A stretch of DNA of 57,502 nt, from assembly GCA_043801745.1 (NCBI GenBank), contig JAZDLR010000025.1:1-57502 (forward strand), written 5' to 3'. This DNA comes from Candidatus Komeilibacteria bacterium. Lineage in GTDB: Bacteria; Patescibacteriota; Patescibacteriia; UBA1558; 2-01-FULL-52-15. The position numbers and the translations under genes were made by a program. This document shows positions 10,026 through 19,084 of this stretch, piece after piece. Numbering within the stretch: position 1 is the stretch's first letter; each line of letters opens with the position of its first letter. Below the pieces are notes generated by a model, which saw only the letters and a list, made by a program, of their open reading frames with translations, was not told the origin of the DNA and searched no databases.

Positions 10026-10157
10026 CTAGGACTTACGCGGTTTAAATACCGCTCAATATAGATAGTGGCAAGCTAATAACCGGTCAAATAGCCGGAGTTT
10101 AGCACGCCAGAAAAAAGTAGCAGGCCTACTCGTGGGCGCGCTACGGAGGAAAATAAC

Positions 10158-10730
10158 ATGGGAAAGTCAGTTGTTGAGATCCGCCAGCTCGACAAGTTTG
10201 ACCGAGCTTTTGAAGCAGTTGGGGGTACACCCGCGGATTTTGACAAGATGTCTCAAGCAGATCTGTTGCGGCAGCTTCTTGGAGTTGTCCGCGGTAAGGC
10301 GGTCGTCGCCAAGATCGTCATTGATCTAGCAAAAGACCCCTTCTGTCCTAATAGCGGTACGGTAGAACCCGGTGATCACCAGAGGGGCGATGCCAACTTC
10401 GAGTGGGATCCCGATATGGTCGCCCTGTACCTGGATGAAGTTCAGATGGGTGGTCGTTTCATTAATGGTTACAAACTCCGTGAAAAGCTGATTGGAAAGC
10501 ACGTCTTTAACGCGAATGCGTTAGACTACCTGCTTGCCAATTCATACCTTATCCCTCGGGAGTGGAAGGGAAGGCGTATCTTCTTCTGGGGTACGATTTA
10601 TCGTAACTCCCGTGGCGTCCAGCATGTTCGTTATCTCTATTGGGGTAGCGATGGGCAGTGGGATTCGGGTTACCAATCGCTCGACATAGATGTGGACCCT
10701 TTCAGTCCCGCGCTTGTTCTGGTGGCTTAG
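10158..10730 (+). CDS. Hypothetical protein with Trp-rich C-terminus (possibly lectin-like)
   Basis: ACGGAGG SD; LDYLL..IP.EWKG..IFFWGTIYR motif. Confidence 0.8.
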   Translation: MGKSVVEIRQLDKFDRAFEAVGGTPADFDKMSQADLLRQLLGVVRGKAVVAKIVIDLAKDPFCPNSGTVEPGDHQRGDANFEWDPDMVALYLDEVQMGGRFINGYKLREKLIGKHVFNANALDYLLANSYLIPREWKGRRIFFWGTIYRNSRGVQHVRYLYWGSDGQWDSGYQSLDIDVDPFSPALVLVA

Positions 10731-10763
10731 TCCAGCGTAAACTTTTCCGGACATCGTGTCCGC

Positions 10764-10795
10764 AGAGCCCTGTGCAGCAATGTGCGGGGCTCTTT
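10764..10795 (+). terminator. Intrinsic terminator
   Basis: AGAGCCC...GGGCTCT followed by TT. Confidence 0.6.
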
Positions 10796-10800
10796 AAATT

Positions 10801-10957
10801 ACCTCACCCCCGCCCGCAACGCCTGAGCGTAGCAATGGCGGGCGGGCCAACCATCTCCTTGAAAAGGAGAGGGAGGAAGTGCTCCTAAATATCGTCCCTC
10901 TCCTTAATAAGGAGAGGACAGCCTGCCCGCCGAAGCTTTAGCGAAGGTGGGTGAGGT
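10801..10957. repeat. REP/MITE-like composite repeat, copy 1
   Basis: Ends ACCTCACCC/GGGTGAGGT, internal CTCTCCTT...AAGGAGAG hairpins, nested palindromes. Confidence 0.85.
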
Positions 10958-11006
10958 TTTTAGTTATTTGATATGGCGTGGTATAATATCAGTGAAATTT
11001 TTCCCC

Positions 11007-12449
11007 ATGTTTGACCATTTAGATCCACGTCCGGTATTGCAGAAGAATTGGCACCATCACATTTCTTTAAGTTTTTTGTTGGCCTCGTGTTTGATGTTAG
11101 TGTTGGCTTTTACGGCGCCGATAATTTCATTTACCCAGACCGAGCGGCCAGCCGGAGATCCGGTGGTCCGCGTTTGGGTTGATACTGACGCTGCTAAACA
11201 GAGCGAGGTTGTTGGTCCGGTAGAGAATTTAGAAGTAGCTCACCTGGTAATGCAATCGGATGATCCGGTGACTTTATACCGTTTGCGCTTGATTATAGAC
11301 GGTTTATATTTACCTACTGATTTAACCCTGCCGCGTCTTTATGTTGACGAAGTCCAGGTTGGCCATGACCGGAAAGTTAACAATGACGGAGTAATAACTT
11401 TTGAAACAAAGACAGCCGTTTTAACAGCCGGAACTCATGATATTGTTGTGCGCGCTAATTGGCTGGTTAATGGTCCGGGACATCTGTTAACGGCCCGTCT
11501 GGAGAGTGCCAAAGATATTATTTTTACCGCGCCGGGCAGCAATCCTACTGTTCAGGCCGTATTTCCTCTAAGTACCGGGGGTATAAGTTTTGTCTCAGCC
11601 GGTTCCTGGGTAATGGTGCAGCCAACTGATTTAGCGCCTCAAGCAGCCAGTGATGATCATGATTTGCAGCGTGTAGCTTTTTCTCTTCCTCTGGCTGCCA
11701 GAGCTGAAGCAATTACAGTTTCTAAAATTGTGCTGGGTTTTGAGACTAAGAAATTTATTCCTGTCAGCGTTTCTATTCTCAAGGACAGTACAGCAGTTAA
11801 AGTCTGGAATAATATTGTTATAGCTAATGATCAATATGTCTGGGATGTTCCCGGGTCTGATTTGGTAATTTCGCCGGATAAGATCAGCCAATTGCAGGTA
11901 ATCGTCCGGGGTAAAGCGGAGAGCGATCAGGCGCAAGTGAGTTTGTCGACCCGGCAAGTAGAGGGTACGGGGTTTAGTTCTGGCAGTAAGATTACTTGGC
12001 AGCCAGTAGATCCTTTAGTGCAAGACCGTCAGCTGGTTCATGATCAGCCAGCTTGGACTCTGGAATCGCCCGATTCTCTAACTGGCTATCGTTTACGCTT
12101 ACAAACCTTATCTCACGCCGGTATTGTTTTGAGTTCCTTAGTTTTACAGCTTACGGCCGAGGTCGCAACCGGATCATTACCGTGGAAAGTTTATCTGCAA
12201 GGAAAAGAAGTACCGGCAGAGTTTACCTGGTCAAAGCCAGACTTGATCCGGGTCAATTTTCAGCCCAAGATCACCGTCCAGAACAAAGATACTTTAGAAT
12301 TTAGAGCGACGGCTGATTCCACCGGAAAGAATCAGGCGGCAGTACGTCTATTACCAACGGAGTTTATTTGGGAAACTAAGTCTACTGACTGGTTTGCTGT
12401 TGCTGGTTTATTGTTACCGACGGCTCCGGCCGGTATGATTAATTTTTAG
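11007..12449 (+). CDS. Hypothetical secreted or membrane-anchored beta-rich protein
   Basis: N-terminal hydrophobic helix; TATAAT at 10982 favours ATG 11007. Confidence 0.7.
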   Translation: MFDHLDPRPVLQKNWHHHISLSFLLASCLMLVLAFTAPIISFTQTERPAGDPVVRVWVDTDAAKQSEVVGPVENLEVAHLVMQSDDPVTLYRLRLIIDGLYLPTDLTLPRLYVDEVQVGHDRKVNNDGVITFETKTAVLTAGTHDIVVRANWLVNGPGHLLTARLESAKDIIFTAPGSNPTVQAVFPLSTGGISFVSAGSWVMVQPTDLAPQAASDDHDLQRVAFSLPLAARAEAITVSKIVLGFETKKFIPVSVSILKDSTAVKVWNNIVIANDQYVWDVPGSDLVISPDKISQLQVIVRGKAESDQAQVSLSTRQVEGTGFSSGSKITWQPVDPLVQDRQLVHDQPAWTLESPDSLTGYRLRLQTLSHAGIVLSSLVLQLTAEVATGSLPWKVYLQGKEVPAEFTWSKPDLIRVNFQPKITVQNKDTLEFRATADSTGKNQAAVRLLPTEFIWETKSTDWFAVAGLLLPTAPAGMINF

Positions 12450-12485
12450 TTACATGCCAAGAGCGCGATTTGTCCCTACAATGGG

Positions 12486-13901
12486 ATGAAAAGCGATTCG
12501 ATGGCTAACAAAGCGATTGTTAGATTGGCAGTGTTGGGATTATTAGCTGGAATCTTGGTTTCCAGTTTTTTTGTTTTGTCCCCGCTATATTTATCGGGAA
12601 TTATTTTTGTGTTAGCGGGTATTTGTTGCTATTGGCGGCGGTTCATTTGGTTATTAATAGTTATTTTTTTTCTAATTGGTAATTGGCGAACACAAATGGT
12701 CATCCGTTATCAGCCGGCTGTCCCGGCGACAATTGATGCTCTGGCTGTTGTGCGTTACCGTGATTATAGTGATGATCAACAGAAGCTGCGGCTTCAGATT
12801 CGAGGTATACCTGGTGCTGTGCAGATCGCCGTTAATAGATTCCCGGTTTATCATTATGGTGACGTACTGCGCGTCCGTTGTCAGCCGCAGCTGACCAGTC
12901 AGGAAACAGAACAATCATGGCAGCGCCGTTTACAACTACAAGGTATTAGTGCCCGCTGTTTTTCTGCTGTTGTTTCTTATGATCATTCTTCAATCGATTG
13001 GCGTTCGCCATTTTTTACTTTTAAAGATTACATTATAAATGTTTACATTAAGACTCTGCCTGGCCCGGTGGCTGGTTTGATGCAAGCTATGATCGTTAAT
13101 GAGCGGGGAGAGGTGGCACGGGACACTACCAGTAATTTTAGCCGCAGCGGTTTAAGTCATATTGTAGCTATTTCCGGTATGAATATGACGTTGCTGATTA
13201 TTGCCGGTCAAACGTTTTTGGTCCGGCTGGGTTTACGGCGCCGGCAAACAGCAATTTTTTTGATTGTTGTCTTGACGGTGTACGTTATGATCATTGGGCT
13301 GCCAGCTTCAGCTGTACGGGCAGCATTGATGTCAAGCGTGGTTTTGTTGGGTTATTTGGTCCGGCGGCCGATTGATATAACTCATACGTTGTTACTGGTC
13401 GCCGGTATTTTGGCACTAGTGAATCCTCTGGCAGTTGTTTATGATATTGGTTGGCAATTATCCTTTTTGGCTTTAGCGGGATTAATTTGGTGGACGCCGT
13501 GGTGGACCAGGACGCTTCACTGGCTACCCGAGCGTTGGGGTTTGCAGGAATTGATCAGCGCCACGTTGGCGGCACAGATGTTAACTTGGCCGTTAATACT
13601 TTATTATTTTCAAATTTGGGCTCTGTGTTTTTTGCCAGCTAATATTTTAACTGTACCTTTGGTCGGACCCATTATGATCAGCGGCTTACTACTGCCGTTA
13701 GTCTGGTGGATTCCTATAGTTGGGGCGGTAATTAGTTTAGTTGTAACTTTGCTGATACGTTGGTTATTACTGGTTGTGACTACAGTGGGATCATCTTCCT
13801 GGGCAGTATTACCAATTCCTTTTTCATCAGTTGCTTTGTTACTGTCGGCCGGATTAATGATTATATTAACAAAATTAGTTAATGAAAAAAGCAGCCATTA
13901 G
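12486..13901 (+). CDS. comEC: ComEC/Rec2 competence membrane domain protein
   Basis: GLSHIVAISGMN, SAVRA, GWQLSF motifs. Confidence 0.92.
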   Translation: MKSDSMANKAIVRLAVLGLLAGILVSSFFVLSPLYLSGIIFVLAGICCYWRRFIWLLIVIFFLIGNWRTQMVIRYQPAVPATIDALAVVRYRDYSDDQQKLRLQIRGIPGAVQIAVNRFPVYHYGDVLRVRCQPQLTSQETEQSWQRRLQLQGISARCFSAVVSYDHSSIDWRSPFFTFKDYIINVYIKTLPGPVAGLMQAMIVNERGEVARDTTSNFSRSGLSHIVAISGMNMTLLIIAGQTFLVRLGLRRRQTAIFLIVVLTVYVMIIGLPASAVRAALMSSVVLLGYLVRRPIDITHTLLLVAGILALVNPLAVVYDIGWQLSFLALAGLIWWTPWWTRTLHWLPERWGLQELISATLAAQMLTWPLILYYFQIWALCFLPANILTVPLVGPIMISGLLLPLVWWIPIVGAVISLVVTLLIRWLLLVVTTVGSSSWAVLPIPFSSVALLLSAGLMIILTKLVNEKSSH

Positions 13902-14799
13902 TTTATTAGTGATCACAATGATCACCCTCTTAGGGCTGACCGTTGGATCTCAATTGATTTCTTCGGATTCAACTTTAGAGATCTCAGTTTTAGACGTTGG
14001 TCAGGGCGATAGCATCGTGGTGCGTACTCCGGATAATGTCAGCTTGGTCATTGACGCCAGCGCCGGTCATCAAGAAGTTGATGCTTTGGCCAAAATTCTA
14101 CCCTGGAATCAGCGGCATTTGGATTATCTGTTAATCACTCATCCGGATCTTGATCATTATGGTGGCGCGCGTTGGCTTTTGGAACGCTATACCATTGGTC
14201 AGGTATTATATAACGGTAACGAAGCTAACGTGTCAGCCGGTTTTAAACAATTTTTGGCTGATATCAGGCAGCGTGGTATTCCCTTACGGCTGGTGCAAGC
14301 AGGCGAGGTTATTCAGTGGCCTTCGGGTGTCCACTGGAAATTTTTATGGCCGCCGGCTGATTATCAAGCCGACAATACTAATGCCAGCTGCGTGGTCAGT
14401 AAAATATCCTGGGGTAGCGAAGATCTGCTACTGCCTGGCGATCTGCCTAGTGAGCAAGAAGCAATTCTGTTGACCCAACAGGATGTCAGTGCCGAAATTG
14501 TCAAAGCCGGTCATCACGGCAGCAAATTTTCTTCATCTTCGGCTTGGCTGCAAGCAGTTAGCCCAGAGTGGTGCCTGATTTCCGCTGGTCGCGACAATAG
14601 CTATGGCCACCCTAATTACGCCGCTCTGCAGCGGCTGCAGCATACAGGTTGCCGTATATTATCAACAATTGATAATGGGACGCTATCCTTCCGTTTTAGC
14701 TCGACCTCTATTGATTATTTGACTGCTCCCGGGTGGGATTTTTTCGGCTTGCCAATGGCGCCTCTTTTGGCTATACTGAACCCGTTACCTAATAAATGA
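13882..14799 (+). CDS. ComEC-type metallo-beta-lactamase domain protein (separate ORF)
   Basis: DVGQGD, THPDLDHYGG, GHHGS, NSYGHP. Confidence 0.9.
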   Translation: MKKAAISLLVITMITLLGLTVGSQLISSDSTLEISVLDVGQGDSIVVRTPDNVSLVIDASAGHQEVDALAKILPWNQRHLDYLLITHPDLDHYGGARWLLERYTIGQVLYNGNEANVSAGFKQFLADIRQRGIPLRLVQAGEVIQWPSGVHWKFLWPPADYQADNTNASCVVSKISWGSEDLLLPGDLPSEQEAILLTQQDVSAEIVKAGHHGSKFSSSSAWLQAVSPEWCLISAGRDNSYGHPNYAALQRLQHTGCRILSTIDNGTLSFRFSSTSIDYLTAPGWDFFGLPMAPLLAILNPLPNK

Positions 14800-14804
14800 A
14801 AACT

Positions 14805-15182
14805 ATGGCCGAAGGCAAAAAAATATTGCTCGTTGAAGACGAGGAGATGCTGGCTAACATGTATCAAGTGAAATTCCAGAATGATGGATTTCAATTGATC
14901 AAGGCTGGTAATGGGGAAGAGGGTTTGGTTTTAGCGGAGAAGGAAAAGCCCGACATGATTTTACTAGATGTTATCATGCCGAAGATGGACGGCTTTACGG
15001 TTCTTAAACGTCTGAAAGACAATCCTAGTACAAAAAATATTCCGGTTTTGCTATTGACCAATTTAGGTCAAGATGAGGACGTGAAAAAGGGCAATGAACT
15101 GGGAGCCGTTGGTTATTTAGTTAAAGCTAATATCACTCCTTCAGAAGTAGTGGCCAAAGTTAAGGAAGTGATGAAATTATAA
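14805..15182 (+). CDS. Single-domain response regulator (receiver)
   Basis: LLVEDE, LLDVIMPKMDG, LTN, LVK. Confidence 0.92.
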   Translation: MAEGKKILLVEDEEMLANMYQVKFQNDGFQLIKAGNGEEGLVLAEKEKPDMILLDVIMPKMDGFTVLKRLKDNPSTKNIPVLLLTNLGQDEDVKKGNELGAVGYLVKANITPSEVVAKVKEVMKL

Positions 15183-15183
15183 T

Positions 15184-15780
15184 ATGGCCCAGGAATTAAT
15201 TCAGAGAAGTTTAGTTTTGATTAAACCTGACGCCGTTAAGCGCGGTTTGATTGGTGAGATACTTTCGCGGTTAGAAAAATCCGGATTGAAAATCATTGGC
15301 CTGAAGATGGTGTGGGTTGATCAGGAGTTGGTGGGCCAGCATTATCCCGATGCCCGGACTGAATTATTAGAAGGCATGGGTAAGAAGACTTTAGAGACCT
15401 ACGAGAAGTACGGTAAAGATGCCAATGAAGAATTGGGTACTATGGATCCGGTAGAGATCGGTAGAATGATAAATCAATGGAATAGAGATTTTTTGTCCAG
15501 CGGTCCTGTAGTAGCTATCGTCTTTGAAGGTTTGCACGCGATTGATAATATCCGGATGATTGCCGGCAATACTTTGCCGGTGATGGCGCAGCCGGGAACG
15601 GTCCGCGGAGATTTTTCTCTTGATTCACCGGCCTTAGCTAATAGCAACAAACGCGCGGTGCGAAATATGATGCACGCTTCCGGCAATGAAGAAGAAGCCA
15701 AGTTCGAAATTCAGTTGTGGTTTCACGAAAACGAATTGCAGAATTATAAGCGAGCAGATGAAGAGGTAATGTTTGGTTAG
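15184..15780 (+). CDS. ndk: Nucleoside diphosphate kinase
   Basis: IKPDAVKRGL, PGTVRGDF, NMMHAS. Confidence 0.95.
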   Translation: MAQELIQRSLVLIKPDAVKRGLIGEILSRLEKSGLKIIGLKMVWVDQELVGQHYPDARTELLEGMGKKTLETYEKYGKDANEELGTMDPVEIGRMINQWNRDFLSSGPVVAIVFEGLHAIDNIRMIAGNTLPVMAQPGTVRGDFSLDSPALANSNKRAVRNMMHASGNEEEAKFEIQLWFHENELQNYKRADEEVMFG

Positions 15781-15908
15781 GAATTAGGCGTTAGCTTGTG
15801 GGTTGTAGTTTAAAGAAGAATCAGCAGAGCTGGCTCTTTTTTTGTCTGGTTGCTACCGAGTAGCGTGAGTGCTATGATAGAAGTAGTTCTCTACAACACT
15901 GGGTACAT

Positions 15909-16013
15909 ATGCTCTACATCCCTTTCTTTGGGAGTCTTATATTGTGGCTGGCCTTGGCCAGTTCACTGCGGACACCCACTTACCATCAAGGGGTAATGTG
16001 CTCTGTGGCCTAG
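15909..16013 (+). CDS. Putative 34-aa hydrophobic peptide (or an ncRNA locus)
   Basis: MLYIPFFGSLILWLALASS..., between a promoter (15850-15878) and a hairpin with T-tract. Confidence 0.3.
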   Translation: MLYIPFFGSLILWLALASSLRTPTYHQGVMCSVA

Positions 16014-16093
16014 AGAACGCAGGGAAAAAATCTCCGCGGTGCGCCATGATTAGCCAGAAGCGACCGGCATGGGGATTTTTTGTTTTGATAAAA

Positions 16094-16226
16094 ACCTCAC
16101 CCCGCCAGAGGCGGGCAGGCTGTCCTCTCCTTCTTAAGGAGAGGAACGTTGTTTATATGGCTCGTCGCTCTACTTAACCTCCGTGCGCTCTCCCTCTCCT
16201 TTTGAAGGAGAGGGTTGGGGTGAGGT
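16094..16226. repeat. REP/MITE-like composite repeat, copy 2
   Basis: ACCTCACCCC...GGGGTGAGGT with CCTCTCCTT...AAGGAGAGG hairpins. Confidence 0.85.
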
Positions 16227-16239
16227 AATGCCAAAAAGC

Positions 16240-16301
16240 TTGACCCCGTTAGAAGCTTCGCTTCTAACGGGGTTGACTTTTTGATTTAGGTGTGCTATAC
16301 T
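16240..16301 (+). promoter_or_regulatory. Promoter TTGACT-17-TATACT preceded by a CCCCGTTAGAAG...CTTCTAACGGGG palindrome
   Basis: Consensus spacing with extended TG; TTGAC on both sides of the palindrome. Confidence 0.7.
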
Positions 16302-16356
16302 GTATTAGTAAGGTAATTTTGTTTTTTGTTCACGTTATAATGCAGACACTTACATT

Positions 16357-18069
16357 ATGACCGGGAACAAATTTTTATTTAGACAGACACTACTTGCGGT
16401 TGCTGTCTTTTTGTTTATCCTAATTTTAGCCACTACTTTGTTCCGGGTCTTTGCCTGGGCCGAGACTGCAGATACTCCGCTGGCTATCAGCGACATTAAA
16501 GCCGAGTTAATTTCTAATGGCTCAATTGTTATCAGTTGGAAGACTAATAAGCCGGCTGATGCCACCGTGACTTACAGCGACGATTTAAGTTTCAGCCAGC
16601 AGAAAACTTTAAGCACGCTTTATTTAGAACGGGCGATTATTTTGGATAATATTAAACCCGACACTTTGTATCATTACCGTGTAATTAGCCGAACGCCCCA
16701 AGGAGAGGAAGCTCGCAGCTTACATTTAATGGTTCAGTCGCACCTTCCGGTTGATATTACTGTTAGTCAGATTATGATTGATCCCGCAGTCAAATTATAT
16801 AGCGGTCAGCCGCCGTTATTGGATAAGGATACTCTCGTAGCCACACTCCGTAATAACGGTAATCTTGATTGGTCCAATGATTTTTTTGTCAGTTTTTTAA
16901 TTGCTACGGATGATAATGATGTCGCTAATGAAGGAAGATTGCCGTACAGTTGCTTTGTCGAAAAAAATATCTCTGCCGGTATTAAAGCGCAAGAAGAAAA
17001 AAATATTTCGCTGGAAGCGAATGATTTAGCCGGGTGCGATCCTTTGTTGCCGGGAAAATATATTTTAACTGTTGCGGCCGATTATGATGAGCGAACGGAT
17101 GATAGTAATCGTGAAAATAATACTGCGACTATTTCTGTGACTAATATTTCATCCACTGGCGCACCGCAGTTTACCGATCTGACAGCAACTGTCGTCACCG
17201 CTAGTTCGGCTACTATGACTGTTTCCCTGGAACCCCAGCAACCTGGAGCCAAGGTAACGGTAGAGTATGCGCCGCAAAATTATTGGGACAATGATACAAC
17301 TCAGGGACAATATCAGTATCAACAAGATGCGGTCATTGATCGGGGTGAATTTTCGACTCAAATTAAAGGCTTAGATGAAGAGACAACTTATCATCTACGG
17401 GTTCGTCTGGTTGGCACCAATGTTGTTTCTGACGATGTCACCTTTATGACCAAAAAAAATCTTCAAGCCGATAGCGACCGTCTATTGGCGCTGAAGCGTT
17501 TAGATCCAACTTGTCGCGTGGTGGACAGTCAGCCGTTAGCGACCAGTTTCTGGCAAGATTTGGGTTTGACTCTGCCGGAGCCGCAACCAATTTTACGCTA
17601 CCGCATTCAGTGGAGTAATGGTGGCTGGTCGCCTTGGTATATACCCGGCAACGGCGATATTGATTGGCAGCAGAATACTGCCGGCCAGGATCGGCGCATC
17701 TGGAGCTATTTTCAGGGCCGGGCTTTTCAATATGAAACCTGCGGCAGTGGTACTTTACCCTCCACTGACAAAGCCAGTAAGGCGGTAGTGCAGGAAAAAT
17801 ACGGCAGCACTATTGATACAAGTTTAGAGGCCAAAAATGAGGTCGTCAAAAGCAAAATTATCGCCTTTGATAGGGCTTTAAAATATTATAAACGCGGTGT
17901 GTCGACCGATAATTGGCAAACTTTGCGCGATGCTTATATTTATGGCGGATACTCTTTGGCGGAAATTACTGATTCTATAGTTTACGGCCCCGGACCGGTT
18001 CATCCGACGATTCCGGCGCAGATTTGGCGCCAGCAGTATCAGGTTCAGCTTAGCTCCAATAATTATTAA
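16357..18069 (+). CDS. Secreted protein with fibronectin type III and CARDB-like domains
   Basis: Signal peptide; ISWKT...PDTLYHYRV and ETTYHLRV Fn3 motifs; DDSNRENN. Confidence 0.75.
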   Translation: MTGNKFLFRQTLLAVAVFLFILILATTLFRVFAWAETADTPLAISDIKAELISNGSIVISWKTNKPADATVTYSDDLSFSQQKTLSTLYLERAIILDNIKPDTLYHYRVISRTPQGEEARSLHLMVQSHLPVDITVSQIMIDPAVKLYSGQPPLLDKDTLVATLRNNGNLDWSNDFFVSFLIATDDNDVANEGRLPYSCFVEKNISAGIKAQEEKNISLEANDLAGCDPLLPGKYILTVAADYDERTDDSNRENNTATISVTNISSTGAPQFTDLTATVVTASSATMTVSLEPQQPGAKVTVEYAPQNYWDNDTTQGQYQYQQDAVIDRGEFSTQIKGLDEETTYHLRVRLVGTNVVSDDVTFMTKKNLQADSDRLLALKRLDPTCRVVDSQPLATSFWQDLGLTLPEPQPILRYRIQWSNGGWSPWYIPGNGDIDWQQNTAGQDRRIWSYFQGRAFQYETCGSGTLPSTDKASKAVVQEKYGSTIDTSLEAKNEVVKSKIIAFDRALKYYKRGVSTDNWQTLRDAYIYGGYSLAEITDSIVYGPGPVHPTIPAQIWRQQYQVQLSSNNY

Positions 18070-18185
18070 ATAATAATCAATAATGTCATGACATAAAAAT
18101 CCCAGATAATAAGAAAATCAAATTGGTGTGGAGTGGCCACGTTACCCAGTGTCGGGCAGCGTGGTTTTTGTGTTACAATAATGGC

Positions 18186-18536
18186 ATGATAATTCTCGGA
18201 CGCTTGATGATTAACGCCATAATAATTGCTGGTCTTTTTAGCTTCGTGCCAGGCGTGGGCACAGCCAGTTTCATCAGTTTAGCTGTAGTGGCTGTAACTT
18301 TATCGCTGATTAATTCCCTGATGCCCTGGTTGTTGCCTCTGGCGGGTATTTCCTTTAATCTGGGAAGTTTTGTCTTAGCTTTGATTGTCGCCGATGGTCT
18401 TCTGGTTTGGTTAGGAGTGACTATTCTGGGTATTATATTTGTTATCAGCTATTCAGCTGTAGTTCTAGTGGTGGTGGTTATGGCAATTTTGAGCTGGTTT
18501 GTACAAAGTTTGGGTTTCAATTATTATCATAAGTAG
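18186..18536 (+). CDS. 4-TM membrane protein, YvlD/phage-holin-family-like
   Basis: Four hydrophobic segments, about 116 aa. Confidence 0.55.
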   Translation: MIILGRLMINAIIIAGLFSFVPGVGTASFISLAVVAVTLSLINSLMPWLLPLAGISFNLGSFVLALIVADGLLVWLGVTILGIIFVISYSAVVLVVVVMAILSWFVQSLGFNYYHK

Positions 18537-18570
18537 ATAAATTTCACTGCGTCCTTTTCAGGAGGGGTTT

Positions 18571-18720
18571 ATGGCGGAATCTCAAGACTCGGCTGTTGAT
18601 GTCGAGCAAGCAAGGATCGAGCTGGAATTATCTCTGCCCGATCTCCGGCTTCAGCTGGAAGCTCTGGAGGCAGCTCAGCGAGTCACTACCGCTACGCTGC
18701 AACTGACATTTGACGTGTAG
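18571..18720 (+). CDS. 49-aa acidic small protein (not in the ORF track)
   Basis: GGAGG SD; MAESQDSAVDVEQARIELELSLPDLRLQLEALEAAQRVTTATLQLTFDV. Confidence 0.6.
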   Translation: MAESQDSAVDVEQARIELELSLPDLRLQLEALEAAQRVTTATLQLTFDV

Positions 18721-18782
18721 CTCAGCGTCAGAGTTCGAAAAAAAAGAACGCCACGGTGACGTGGCGTTCTTCATTATATAAG

Positions 18783-18959
18783 TTAAGCCTTTTGTTTGGC
18801 CTTGGTTTTCCAACAGCGTGTGCACATGGAAATGCGTTTACCGCCGAGCATCTTGGGCTGAATATTTACTTTCTGCCGGCGTTTGGTAGCGATATTGGAT
18901 TTGCTGCGCAGGTTAGACATTTGCGGACCGCGTCCACAGACTTCACAGAATTGAGCCAT
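18783..18959 (-). CDS. rpmB: 50S ribosomal protein bL28 (Zn-binding type)
   Basis: MAQFCEVCGRGP...TKRRQKVN...CTRC. Confidence 0.93.
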   Translation of the reverse strand: MAQFCEVCGRGPQMSNLRSKSNIATKRRQKVNIQPKMLGGKRISMCTRCWKTKAKQKA

Positions 18960-19084
18960 AATAGTTTGGAGTTCGTTGTTATATAAGCTATAATTGATTA
19001 GTAGTTGTTGGATAATACCTTTTTTTATTTTTTTTGTCAATCCCGTTAGAAATATGCAATAGATATTTTTAAGGGGGCAATCAT

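Noticed and set aside
10132-10888. Short ORFs 10132, 10542, 10658 and the GTG start at 10947
   Set aside because: They overlap a better-supported gene or run through the REP-like repeat
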